Of a stretch of DNA of 44,540 nt, positions 16,965-25,140 are shown in pieces. Numbering within the stretch: position 1 is the first letter of the stretch; every line of letters begins with the position of its first letter. The stretch covers positions 1 through 44,540 of the forward strand of contig DASYZY010000123.1 in assembly GCA_035945735.1 (NCBI GenBank), written 5' to 3'. The position numbers and the translations under genes were made by a program. The notes beneath the pieces are model-generated. The model saw only the letters and a list, made by a program, of their open reading frames with translations. It ran no database searches and had not been told where the DNA came from. Origin of the DNA: Thermoplasmata archaeon. GTDB lineage: Archaea; Thermoplasmatota; Thermoplasmata; Lutacidiplasmatales; UBA184.

Positions 16965-18482
16965 ATGAAGGCGGAATCGGGCGAGGCGCGAAGACTTCGG
17001 CGAGCTGGAGCGAGGGCAGTCTCCCTCGCGGTCGCGGTCCTGGTCGTTGGGATCGCCTTCGTCGCGTTCGGATCCCCTCCGGCGCGCGCCTACACGCCGC
17101 AGTCGTACAACGGCGCGGTCATCGAGCCGAATCCTGAGATGGAGGGCAACACCACCTTCTCGACGCATCTTGCGGGCTGGAACCCGCTCGAGTACTCCGC
17201 CTCGAGCGGCCAGGGCAACCTGAGCGCCGCCACGGATCCGCGGGTCCCAACCCCCTTCTCGATCAACCCCGGCGGAATCGTCGCTCCGGGCATTCTGCAG
17301 AACGACAAAGTCTCCGGGACCACCCCTTGGAACCAGACGAGCTACCTCGGCAACATGGGCGGGATGTCCGCCGGCGGAACCTCTACGGAGACGGCACCTA
17401 CGGTGAACGGCCAGACGGCCCTCCAGTGGGTCGTGAACACCTCGAACGGCGCGGGCCAGGGCCTCGTGAGCACGACCTCCGCGATCTCCTCGGCGAGCTG
17501 GCCCTCGAGCAACCCGACCTTCGACTACGTCACTGCGATCATGACTGTCTCGGGTGGCTCGTGCGCGACCTGCTCAGCCAGCCTTGAGCTCGGCAACGCC
17601 TCGGTGGCCTACCAGTCGGTCTACGTCTCCTCCACCGGTCAGCCGGTGAACGGAGCTGTTGCAGGAGCTACTGCCTGGAAGCTCGGGGTAGGTAGCTCGG
17701 GGATCGTCAGCTTCTCTCTCGCACAAGAGACGTACTCGGGCATCGGACTCAACTACACCGGCAAGGGCGCCACGGCGAGCCTAACACTGACGATCGCGAT
17801 TTCGCTCGCGAAGCAGGCGTCGACTTCGATTACGGTGCAACTCCGTGGTCTTGCCTTCGGCACCGCGCCGCTGACCCTCGGCAACAGCGTCTGGGGGACG
17901 AACCCGGGGACCTACGCCCGCGCCTCCTACACCGGGAACGCGAACCTGACGGCGCTCAACCCGTCGTTCGCCTACAGCTCGGTCTCGGGCGGCAGTTACA
18001 CGGTCGCGCTCGTCCAGCGCGCCTCGGACCTCCCCTCGGGGAACGTGAGCCTGACCGAGTCCGCGCTCTCGAACGGCTCCGAGCAGGTCTCCTACAATTT
18101 CGCCTTCGGCCTTCCGATCGCGCCTGGGCTCACCTACGGCGCGTTCAAGCTGGTCGACGTCCCGCGGCTCGCGGCCTGGCAGTACATCGCCGTGAACTTC
18201 GGCGGTTCGAGCTACCTCTCAACGTATCAGACGAAGACCAACATCGGCAACTACACGACGGTCATCGCTTCGGTCGCGCCGACCACCGGGCAGAGCTGGG
18301 TCGGAACGATCGTCTACACCGAAGCCCAATGGATCGGGATCAGCTCGACGCCCGGGCTGTTCACGACAGGCTGGTTCGCGTTCAACTTCTGGTGGATCGT
18401 CGGAGGGTTTGCAGGCCTGATGGGCATCGGCGGGACGGTCGCCTTTGCGCAGCGCCGAGGAGCTGCGTCCCGGGTCCGCTGA
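16965..18482 (+). CDS. secreted N-glycosylation-rich protein with C-terminal membrane anchor (spike-like, paralog B)
   Basis: The N-terminal TM is AVSLAVAVLVVGIAFVAFG. The ectodomain is Ser/Thr/Asn-rich. The C-terminus is TPGLFTTGWFAFNFWWIVGGFAGLMGIGGTVAFAQRR. N- and C-terminal regions are collinear with 15425..16855. Confidence 0.7.
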   Translation: MKAESGEARRLRRAGARAVSLAVAVLVVGIAFVAFGSPPARAYTPQSYNGAVIEPNPEMEGNTTFSTHLAGWNPLEYSASSGQGNLSAATDPRVPTPFSINPGGIVAPGILQNDKVSGTTPWNQTSYLGNMGGMSAGGTSTETAPTVNGQTALQWVVNTSNGAGQGLVSTTSAISSASWPSSNPTFDYVTAIMTVSGGSCATCSASLELGNASVAYQSVYVSSTGQPVNGAVAGATAWKLGVGSSGIVSFSLAQETYSGIGLNYTGKGATASLTLTIAISLAKQASTSITVQLRGLAFGTAPLTLGNSVWGTNPGTYARASYTGNANLTALNPSFAYSSVSGGSYTVALVQRASDLPSGNVSLTESALSNGSEQVSYNFAFGLPIAPGLTYGAFKLVDVPRLAAWQYIAVNFGGSSYLSTYQTKTNIGNYTTVIASVAPTTGQSWVGTIVYTEAQWIGISSTPGLFTTGWFAFNFWWIVGGFAGLMGIGGTVAFAQRRGAASRVR

Positions 18483-18504
18483 GGGGGACGAGGGGGGTAG
18501 AAAC

Positions 18505-18999
18505 ATGGCTCGCACGTTCCACTTCGCGCTCGCCGCGATCGTCCTCGGCCTGACCTCGATCGGCCTCGCCTTCGGTCTCGGCTTCTTCGCCCCGGGCTGG
18601 TTCGCCTCTCCGTCGCAGGCGACGGAGATCATCCTGGTGGTCGGGGTGATCGCCACCTTCATCCTGTTCCTCGCGGCAATCGCCGTCGAAGGGAAGGACG
18701 GCCGGGCCTCGCGCGCAGTCGGCCACCCGATCTTCGGTCTGCCGAGCCGGGGGCTGCGCCGCAACTTCCGAGGCGTAGACGGCTGGAGGGGACACCACGT
18801 CGGGTGGCTGGTGATCTCGCTGTTCTTCCTCGTCCTCGTCTCGGCAGGCGCCTACGCCTGGGCGGTCGTCTACGAGGGCGCGGACCTGGTCAGCGCGGGA
18901 GTGATCGCATTCCTGATCTTCCTGCTGACCGCGCTCGTCGTGGCGATCGTCTTCGCCGCGATGAAGACGAAGAAGTGGGTCGCGAGCCACCGCCGCTGA
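18505..18999 (+). CDS. small membrane protein (about 4 TM)
   Basis: The ATG at 18505 is preceded by a purine-rich SD-like GAGGGGGGT. Four hydrophobic helices are present. Confidence 0.65.
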   Translation: MARTFHFALAAIVLGLTSIGLAFGLGFFAPGWFASPSQATEIILVVGVIATFILFLAAIAVEGKDGRASRAVGHPIFGLPSRGLRRNFRGVDGWRGHHVGWLVISLFFLVLVSAGAYAWAVVYEGADLVSAGVIAFLIFLLTALVVAIVFAAMKTKKWVASHRR

Positions 19000-19024
19000 G
19001 CCCGCCGGTGCCGAGGCGAGGACC

Positions 19025-19366
19025 GTGCCCTGGACGCTGAGAGGAGACATCGTCTCCCAGATCACCAACCTCATCTGGGGGTTCTTCTCGTCGATCCTGA
19101 CGGGCATCGAGTCCTTCTTCGGCAACATCTTCTCGTCGATCTCGAACCTCTTCGCGACCATCTTCCAGGCCCCTGCCACCGCGATCAGCACCTCGTGGGC
19201 GTCGCTGACGGCGTGGGTCAACATGTGGGGACCGCTCGCCCCGATCATCACCGTCGGGATCGTGGTCCTCGTCGTCCTCATCACCGTCGGGGGAGCGTGG
19301 CTCGTACTGCGCGAGTCAACCGCCGAGGCGAACAAGGAGATCGACGAGGTCGAGGAAGGCGAGTAG
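19025..19366 (+). CDS. small membrane protein with amphipathic N-terminal region, one C-terminal TM and an acidic tail
   Basis: 113 aa. GPLAPIITVGIVVLVVLITVGGAWLVL is followed by RESTAEANKEIDEVEEGE. The TM region resembles that of the next gene. Confidence 0.6.
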   Translation: MPWTLRGDIVSQITNLIWGFFSSILTGIESFFGNIFSSISNLFATIFQAPATAISTSWASLTAWVNMWGPLAPIITVGIVVLVVLITVGGAWLVLRESTAEANKEIDEVEEGE

Positions 19367-19375
19367 GAGGCCCGC

Positions 19376-20008
19376 TTGTGGAGCAACTGGTCTCGCGCCG
19401 AGAAGATCGTCTTCGTGGTCGTGGTGAGCCTGGCAGCTTGGGAAGGAGCCGGCGCCGCCTACCTCTACGCCACGACCCCGGCGCAAGGCGGCGGCCCGGG
19501 GAACGCCTTCGGGCCAATCGGACCGCACCCGCAGGAGGTCCTCGGCTGCAACTGGCTGGAGCAACTCCTCGGGGAGTGCCCGGGCGGCAACGCGGGACTT
19601 CCGGGCGGAGGAGGTGGCTTCGCCTGCATCGAGAGCCCGTCGCAGTTTGCTTCCTGCGTCAGTCAGGACATCCTGAACTCGATCTCGGCGATCTGGACCA
19701 ATCTCCTGCCCTTCCTCGAGACGTATCTCGCCAACCTGGCGTCAGCAGTCCTCGCTGCGATAGCGGGGGCTATCTCGGCGGTCGAGAATGCAATCGCCGG
19801 CGGAGTCCAGTCCATCGTCGTCGATGTCCTGACGCCCTTCAACTGGCTGTTCAACCTGGCCAACCAGGCGGCCAGCTCCTTCGGCCCGCTTTCCCCGATC
19901 ATCGTGACTCTGATCGTGGTCATCGGGGTCGTGGGCCTCATCGCGTTGCTCGGGCTCGTGGTCCTGCTCCTCTGGGGCGCAGGGAAGACGGCGTACAACG
20001 CCTTCTGA
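19376..20008 (+). CDS. membrane protein (N-terminal TM, Cys-containing Gly-rich loop, C-terminal TM)
   Basis: The TTG start is preceded by GGAGG. The C-terminal GPLSPIIVTLIVVIGVVGLIALLGLVVLLL is similar to the 19025 product. Confidence 0.6.
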   Translation: MWSNWSRAEKIVFVVVVSLAAWEGAGAAYLYATTPAQGGGPGNAFGPIGPHPQEVLGCNWLEQLLGECPGGNAGLPGGGGGFACIESPSQFASCVSQDILNSISAIWTNLLPFLETYLANLASAVLAAIAGAISAVENAIAGGVQSIVVDVLTPFNWLFNLANQAASSFGPLSPIIVTLIVVIGVVGLIALLGLVVLLLWGAGKTAYNAF

Positions 20009-20026
20009 GGGGGTGCCGATAGTCCG

Positions 20027-20434
20027 ATGGAGTTCCGAACGGCCCGCCGGATCAGCCTCATCCTCGGGCTCCTGATCGGCGTCCTCATCCTTGCCGAGAC
20101 CCTCATCAACGCCGTCTCGCTCGCGCCCAGCTTCGGTGAGACAGTCCCCTCCTGGCTCGCCTGGGCCGGCAACATTCCGCTGATCGAGTCGCTGTATGTC
20201 GACTCGCTTGTGTCGATTGTCTTCATCGTCTGGATCGCGTTCCAGTTCGCTGAGCGCGACACTCTCGACCACCCGCCCCGGCGTATGCGCTCGAGCGGGC
20301 GCGGGAGCGCCGCTGGAGGCGCGATCCTCCTCTTCCTGGCGTTCGTCCTCGGCGGGGCCTTCCTCTACGCGGTCTTCGGGCTCAACGTCGGCGACATCGG
20401 CTCGAACTTCCTGCACTTCTTAGGAGGCCTCTGA
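20027..20434 (+). CDS. small membrane protein (3-4 TM)
   Basis: 135 aa with hydrophobic helices throughout, tightly packed against its neighbours. Confidence 0.6.
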   Translation: MEFRTARRISLILGLLIGVLILAETLINAVSLAPSFGETVPSWLAWAGNIPLIESLYVDSLVSIVFIVWIAFQFAERDTLDHPPRRMRSSGRGSAAGGAILLFLAFVLGGAFLYAVFGLNVGDIGSNFLHFLGGL

Positions 20435-20436
20435 TC

Positions 20437-20778
20437 ATGCGGCGCCCTCGGCGACGCCTGTACCGGGGAAGCGGGACTCGGTCCCGCGAACTCCGCGAGT
20501 TCGACCGACGGTACGGCCGCCGGGGCGCCGAGGTTTACGGCAGGACGATCAACAAAGTGTCGCGCGAACGAGCGGCCGAACGGCCTGGGGGTGAACTCCG
20601 AGAATACGTCCGACCTCACCGGGCGACGTCCGACCGCGGGCGCCGCTACCCGGTACGCGGCCACTACGAAGAGATCCACGCGCACCCGCACGGGAAGGGC
20701 GACCACGCAGGCCGCTGTACGCGAGCCTGTCGCCGCGGGACCATGAGTCATGGTCACCGACGGCGCCGCCGACGCTGA
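20437..20778 (+). CDS. highly basic small protein (possible nucleic-acid-binding protein, or N-terminal part of the next gene)
   Basis: The ATG lies 2 nt after the previous stop. The product is Arg/His-rich but has protein-like stretches (YGRTINKVSRERAAE). It ends MSHGHRRRRRR, immediately before an out-of-frame signal-peptide-like segment. Confidence 0.4.
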   Translation: MRRPRRRLYRGSGTRSRELREFDRRYGRRGAEVYGRTINKVSRERAAERPGGELREYVRPHRATSDRGRRYPVRGHYEEIHAHPHGKGDHAGRCTRACRRGTMSHGHRRRRRR

Positions 20779-20810
20779 AGTTCGCCCTCGTCCTCCTGCT
20801 GCTCGCGGCC

Positions 20811-22559
20811 TTGGTCGCCGCGACGGCAAGCGCCACCGCGTCAACCGTCTCCCCGCTCCCGCCCCCATCCTCCAGCGGCCCATGCGCAGCCGGCGGCCTG
20901 TTCGGCGAGGTCTCCCCGGTCGGCCACGCCCTCGTCGGGATCCAGTACGCCGACCCGCAGACGGGCGACTCCTGCATCCTCGAGCAGGGCGCGACCCTCC
21001 CCGGGGACGAATTGATCGTCACGCTGTTCACCCCCGACCCAGTCCCGAGCTCCAACGTCACGTTCGACGTCGAGGAGTTCCGCTGGGGCTCGGAGACGGT
21101 GAGCTCGCCCGGGCCAAACAACACGACGGTCAGCCGGTCCGTCCCGGTCCAGGTCGACGTCGTCTGGTCGAACGCGACGGTCCCGGCGAACCCTGGCGAG
21201 ATCCAGCGGTTCGGGCTCAGCGTGCCCCCGGTCTTCACGACGCCCAATTCGGCAGCGAACCTGAGCGTCAGTGTCCTCGGCCTCTCCCTTCAGTTCAGGA
21301 TCGCGACGCCGGGGACGGGGATCCCGATCCCCGAGACCGTAGGGGGCCTCATCGGCTGGCTGGCCGCCATGACCCCCGTCGGGATAGTCGTCTTCCTCTC
21401 GGGGTTCGCTCCCGGCGAATGGTTCCTCCGTCGGATGCGCTACGTCTCGACGGCAATGTGGGCCGCGGCGTTCGCGCTGCTCGTCACCGTGATCATCCTC
21501 GTGGGAGTGCTCGCGGACTTCGTCGGGTTCCTCTACTGGCTCGGCGACGTCGGCGTAGCCGGCCTCGCGCTTGTCCTCCTGCTCCCGATCTTCCTCTGGG
21601 GGTGCGTCTTCTGGATCTTCGTTCGGAAGAACCGCGTCCCGCTGCGGATCCTCCGCGGGCCGATCGCGAAGGCGACGACCCGCGGGGAGCCAGTGTCGGA
21701 GCTGCTCCCGGTCCGCGTTTACGGCGGGGGGACCACCGGCCAGGAGGAGGAGCTCGTAGAGGGGCTTGGGATCGGAGGCCCCGGCGCGGCCTGGTATCGC
21801 CTGCTCGGGGTACGGGTCAAGTGGAAGCCAACCGAGCTCACCGACCGCCCGACGCTCGTCCGCTACGAGTTTCCGCACGGGAAACTCCCGATCGAGGGCG
21901 AGTACGCCGGCTGGCCCGGCCGCGGCGGCGCGCGCCTCGAGGTGAAGACCGTGAGGCCCTCTACCGTCTGGTTCCCGTGGCGCAAGTCCGTACGGGCGCG
22001 TCTGGATCCACCCGACCCTAACGAGCCGAACGGCCACGGACCGGCACCCCAGGCTAAGCGCCTCGAGAAGACCCTCCAAGAGGACGACTGGGCCCACCGC
22101 GGGTTCTTCCTCGGCCTCCGACATGGCGAGGCCCGGGTCGCCGCCCTCGGCTCTCCCGACTTCGTCGGGCCGGACATGTACATCCGCGGGGTCTCGAGCG
22201 CCGCCGAGTTCGGCCGCGAGGCCCAGCGCTGCCGCACTGCCCTGGTCGTTCAGAGCGCGCGCCTCGACCACGAGAGTTGGCTGAAGGCCGAGGAGATCCA
22301 GGCGGTCCACGACCGGATGGAACAGTTCGGGGGAGCCCCCGAGGTCCTCGAGGGCGTCCGTGAGCTCTCGACCCGATCGCTCGACCCGATGTTCGACCCC
22401 GGCGAGCTGATGGACCGACTCGAGCGCCGCGGCGTTCGGCGCGTCGACTACCGACCCCCGGGGACCTCGAAGTACTCCTACTCCTCGGAGACGAAGGCCG
22501 AGGTCGACGCGGATGCGACCAACCCGACCCCGCCCGAGTCGCGAGGGAAGGGCAAGTGA
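20811..22559 (+). CDS. large membrane protein: glycosylated N-terminal ectodomain, at least 3 TM, ~320-aa cytoplasmic domain (5' end unresolved)
   Basis: Sequons are NVTF, NNTT, NATV and NLSV. TM helices include VGGLIGWLAAMTPVGIVVFLSGF, AAAFALLVTVIILVGVLADFVGFLYWL and GLALVLLLPIFLWGCVFWIFV. The frame stays open upstream to at least 20709 (stop not located) and encodes LKFALVLLLLAALVAATASA without a canonical start. Confidence 0.7.
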   Translation: MVAATASATASTVSPLPPPSSSGPCAAGGLFGEVSPVGHALVGIQYADPQTGDSCILEQGATLPGDELIVTLFTPDPVPSSNVTFDVEEFRWGSETVSSPGPNNTTVSRSVPVQVDVVWSNATVPANPGEIQRFGLSVPPVFTTPNSAANLSVSVLGLSLQFRIATPGTGIPIPETVGGLIGWLAAMTPVGIVVFLSGFAPGEWFLRRMRYVSTAMWAAAFALLVTVIILVGVLADFVGFLYWLGDVGVAGLALVLLLPIFLWGCVFWIFVRKNRVPLRILRGPIAKATTRGEPVSELLPVRVYGGGTTGQEEELVEGLGIGGPGAAWYRLLGVRVKWKPTELTDRPTLVRYEFPHGKLPIEGEYAGWPGRGGARLEVKTVRPSTVWFPWRKSVRARLDPPDPNEPNGHGPAPQAKRLEKTLQEDDWAHRGFFLGLRHGEARVAALGSPDFVGPDMYIRGVSSAAEFGREAQRCRTALVVQSARLDHESWLKAEEIQAVHDRMEQFGGAPEVLEGVRELSTRSLDPMFDPGELMDRLERRGVRRVDYRPPGTSKYSYSSETKAEVDADATNPTPPESRGKGK

Positions 22560-23071
22560 GCGACGGGGACATCCACCCCGAGATCGAACTCCCCCCGTGG
22601 GAGCGAGAGGACGTCTACAAGGTCCCGGTGGTCCGCGGGGGTCGTCCCGACCTCCCCGGCATCGAGCAGGAGCAGGAGGCGCTCCTCCGCCTGATCGGGA
22701 CCCTCCCGAAGGACCTCGCCTGGTGGCCGGGCCACGGGAACGCGCTCCAGGTCGCCTATGAGGTGCGCGCCCGGCTCCTCCCTCGGATCAACGTGATCAC
22801 CCTCGGCCGCTGGCAGGAAGACGCCTACATCTGGTTCTTCCTCCTCGGCCCGGGCCCGAAGGACTACCGCTGCGCCACGCTCTGCATCCCCCACCCCACC
22901 GACGCCGCGTGGCTCTCCGGGAAGATCCCGCGCGAGCTGCTCTACCGCGGGGAGCGGAACCGGAACCTCCTCTCGAAGCACGTCATGGAGGCGTCCGCCC
23001 GGGCGATGCGCGAGGAGCAGGCCCGCCACTGGGTCCTCGCCCCCGAGCTCTCCAGCGACCGGGACCGATGA
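22556..23071 (+). CDS. hypothetical protein
   Basis: The GTG at 22556 overlaps the upstream stop (GTGA). The 171-aa product has soluble-protein composition and no recognised motifs. Confidence 0.6.
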   Translation: MSDGDIHPEIELPPWEREDVYKVPVVRGGRPDLPGIEQEQEALLRLIGTLPKDLAWWPGHGNALQVAYEVRARLLPRINVITLGRWQEDAYIWFFLLGPGPKDYRCATLCIPHPTDAAWLSGKIPRELLYRGERNRNLLSKHVMEASARAMREEQARHWVLAPELSSDRDR

Positions 23072-23994
23072 GCCACAACCCGCTGTTCGACCCTTCTGGC
23101 CCCCGCTTCTCGCTCCTCTATCGTTCGAGGGGACCTGTCGACGAGGGCCCCACCCGGGCGGAGATCTGGAAGTTCTGGATCGGCCGATGGCGCGCGCGCC
23201 TGAAGGCCGGCCGCGACTTGGTGATCGTGATCGACGCGGACCGGACCGGGAGCCCCGACGGCGTCGACGCGGGGGCGACCCGGGCCGGCAAGTCGACGCT
23301 GGGCCTCGAGATCCTCCAGGAGCTCGACCCGACGTTCACCCCGGCGAAGGTCCGCAACCGCGTGGCGGGGAGCGGGCCGGACCTCGCGCGGTACGTAATC
23401 GGCTGCGAGCGGGGAAACGGCTTCCTCTATGACGAGGGGATGTGGGGCGCGCGCGGCCGCGACGCGATGTCGCCCGAGACCAAGATGGTCGGGGAGGTCC
23501 TCGGGACTCTCGCTTCGCGCGGCGCGATCGTGGTCTTCTGCTGCCACTCGATGCTGACCCTCGACCCGGAGGTGAAGGCCCTCGCGTCGTACCGACTCCT
23601 GGTCCGGCGGAGGGGCCTTGCCGAGGTGCATACTCCCACCGTGCAGCTCGACCTCGAGCGGCCCCGACTCCTCCCGTTCCGCCAGCATGAGATGTCGCCG
23701 ATCGAGTGGGCCCCTCTCCGCGGAAAGCTCTGGAACGCGTACACCGCCGCGAAGACCGAGATGCAGGACGAGCGGATCCGCCTCAAGCTGGAGGAGCAGC
23801 GCGTATACCAGGCTCGCCGCCTCGGCCAGCGGGTCGACAATCCTTCTTCTGAGGGCGCGACCGCCGGCGGACCCGTAGTAAGGGGCGCGCGCGCGCCCGC
23901 TTGGAAGTGCTCGAAGTGCGGCTCGGCGTGGGGGCGGCGCTCCGACCGCGATCGCCACGAGGCGCGCTGCTCGGCGACGACGGGGTTCGGCTGA
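23068..23994 (+). CDS. small P-loop NTPase with C-terminal C2HC zinc finger
   Basis: The ATG at 23068 overlaps the upstream stop (ATGA). Walker A is GATRAGKST and Walker B is GFLYDEG. The C-terminal finger is CSKCGSAWGRRSDRDRHEARC. Confidence 0.75.
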   Translation: MSHNPLFDPSGPRFSLLYRSRGPVDEGPTRAEIWKFWIGRWRARLKAGRDLVIVIDADRTGSPDGVDAGATRAGKSTLGLEILQELDPTFTPAKVRNRVAGSGPDLARYVIGCERGNGFLYDEGMWGARGRDAMSPETKMVGEVLGTLASRGAIVVFCCHSMLTLDPEVKALASYRLLVRRRGLAEVHTPTVQLDLERPRLLPFRQHEMSPIEWAPLRGKLWNAYTAAKTEMQDERIRLKLEEQRVYQARRLGQRVDNPSSEGATAGGPVVRGARAPAWKCSKCGSAWGRRSDRDRHEARCSATTGFG

Positions 23995-24075
23995 CGGCCG
24001 CCCCTAAGACCGTCCGACGCTGTTTCGGCAACCCTCCCCGTCGGTTCAAAGAGCGGGGGCCGAGGTCCGCACCGC

Positions 24076-24309
24076 ATGAACCGATTCGACCTGCAGTTCT
24101 GGGAGGGCGCCCGGGAATCGGCGCTCGCGATCTACGACTTCGTGAAAGGCCGCCCCGACGTACCCCTCGAGGTGAGAGAGTTCGTCCTCAGGGTCCTCGT
24201 CAGCGCCGGCGAGAAGAAGAACCGAGACTTCAGAGAGTCCATCGGCGCTGAAGTCAGCGCCGCCCGGGAGAAGGCCTGGTCCGCTGTGACTCCGGCGGTC
24301 AGGCGTTAA
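24076..24309 (+). CDS. hypothetical small protein
   Basis: 77-aa ORF with balanced composition. Its stop overlaps the stop of the convergent minus-strand gene. Confidence 0.45.
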   Translation: MNRFDLQFWEGARESALAIYDFVKGRPDVPLEVREFVLRVLVSAGEKKNRDFRESIGAEVSAAREKAWSAVTPAVRR

Positions 24310-24647
24310 TCGAACTGCCTAAGGACGCTCCTCGCGAGGAGGAAGGCCGACGCCGAGAGGGCGAGCAACGCGAAGAGGACGATCTCGAGCCCGATGATCG
24401 CCACCGACTCCGCCGCCGGTAGGTTGGACAGGACCGTGCCCGAGGTGTAGCACGACGTGGTCCCGTTGAAGTCGCTGCAGGTCGTGTACGGCTCGAGCAG
24501 AGCAGCCCCTACCGCTACTTGAGCTCCGATGAAGACCAGGAGGAGCGCGAGGCTCCGGAGCGCGTAAGCGCGTAGTCGGTCGCGGTGGGCCCGGGGCATT
24601 CGGTCCCAACGAGAGAGCAGGCCGCGGGAAGGTTGGTTCGGGATCAT
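24306..24647 (-). CDS. small 2-TM membrane protein with Cys-containing extracellular loop
   Basis: The internal ATG at 24647 overlaps the stop of the upstream RHH gene (ATGA on the minus strand). TM1 is LALLLVFIGAQVAVGAALL and TM2 is VAIIGLEIVLFALLALSASAFLL. Confidence 0.6.
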   Translation of the reverse strand: MIPNQPSRGLLSRWDRMPRAHRDRLRAYALRSLALLLVFIGAQVAVGAALLEPYTTCSDFNGTTSCYTSGTVLSNLPAAESVAIIGLEIVLFALLALSASAFLLARSVLRQFD

Positions 24648-24859
24648 TCCCGTCGACGGACCGCTCCCGGCGGCGCCCCAAGCGGGTGCTCCTTTTTCCA
24701 GCGCTCGATCTTCTCCTTCAGAGCCTCTCGGACGAACTCCACGCGGTCGAACCACCGTGGATCCGCCCTCATGATCTCGAGCATCTCGTCGTGGATCCTC
24801 CGAGGGATCGTGACCCCGACCCGCTCGTAGTCGGTCGTCGAGCGCTTTTTCCCGGGCAC
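24644..24859 (-). CDS. ribbon-helix-helix (CopG-family) DNA-binding protein
   Basis: RVGVTIPRRIHDEMLEIMRADPRWFDRVEFVREALKEKI fits the CopG/RHH pattern. The GTG start lies about 27 nt from a TATA-like element, consistent with a leaderless transcript. Confidence 0.8.
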   Translation of the reverse strand: MPGKKRSTTDYERVGVTIPRRIHDEMLEIMRADPRWFDRVEFVREALKEKIERWKKEHPLGAPPGAVRRRE

Positions 24860-24880
24860 CCACGGGCGACAACGGTCCGC

Positions 24881-24927
24881 CGATAAAGACTAAATACAGC
24901 GGTGATTATGGAATACTGTAATCACCC
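24881..24927. promoter_or_regulatory. divergent promoter with operator-like inverted repeat GGTGATTA-N10-TAATCACC
   Basis: The AT-rich ATAAAGACTAAATA (24883-24896) lies between divergent starts at 24859 (minus) and 24928 (plus). The 8-bp inverted-repeat arms are at 24901-24908 and 24919-24926, ending 1 nt before the plus-strand ATG. Confidence 0.6.
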
Positions 24928-25140
24928 ATGGTCCCGAAGGAACACCGAGGGTACGCCGCGACCGAGGGAGAAGGGAATGGGTCGGCCCAGAACACCACGA
25001 TTCGCCTCAGGCGCGAGACTGTCGAAGAGCTGCGCCCCCTCAAGCAGAAGGGGTTCGGCGCCGAGGAGACCTGGGACCACTTCATCCGACGGGTTACTGG
25101 CCTACCCGAACTCGAGCTCTCCGATGGGGTCCCCGCGTGA
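24928..25140 (+). CDS. COG1753/VapB-like putative antitoxin-type DNA-binding protein
   Basis: TTIRLRRETVEELRPLKQKGFGAEETWDHFIRRV matches the archaeal pattern 'tI.v.eet...L..lK...eSf.dvIrrl'. No PIN-domain partner follows. Confidence 0.5.
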   Translation: MVPKEHRGYAATEGEGNGSAQNTTIRLRRETVEELRPLKQKGFGAEETWDHFIRRVTGLPELELSDGVPA

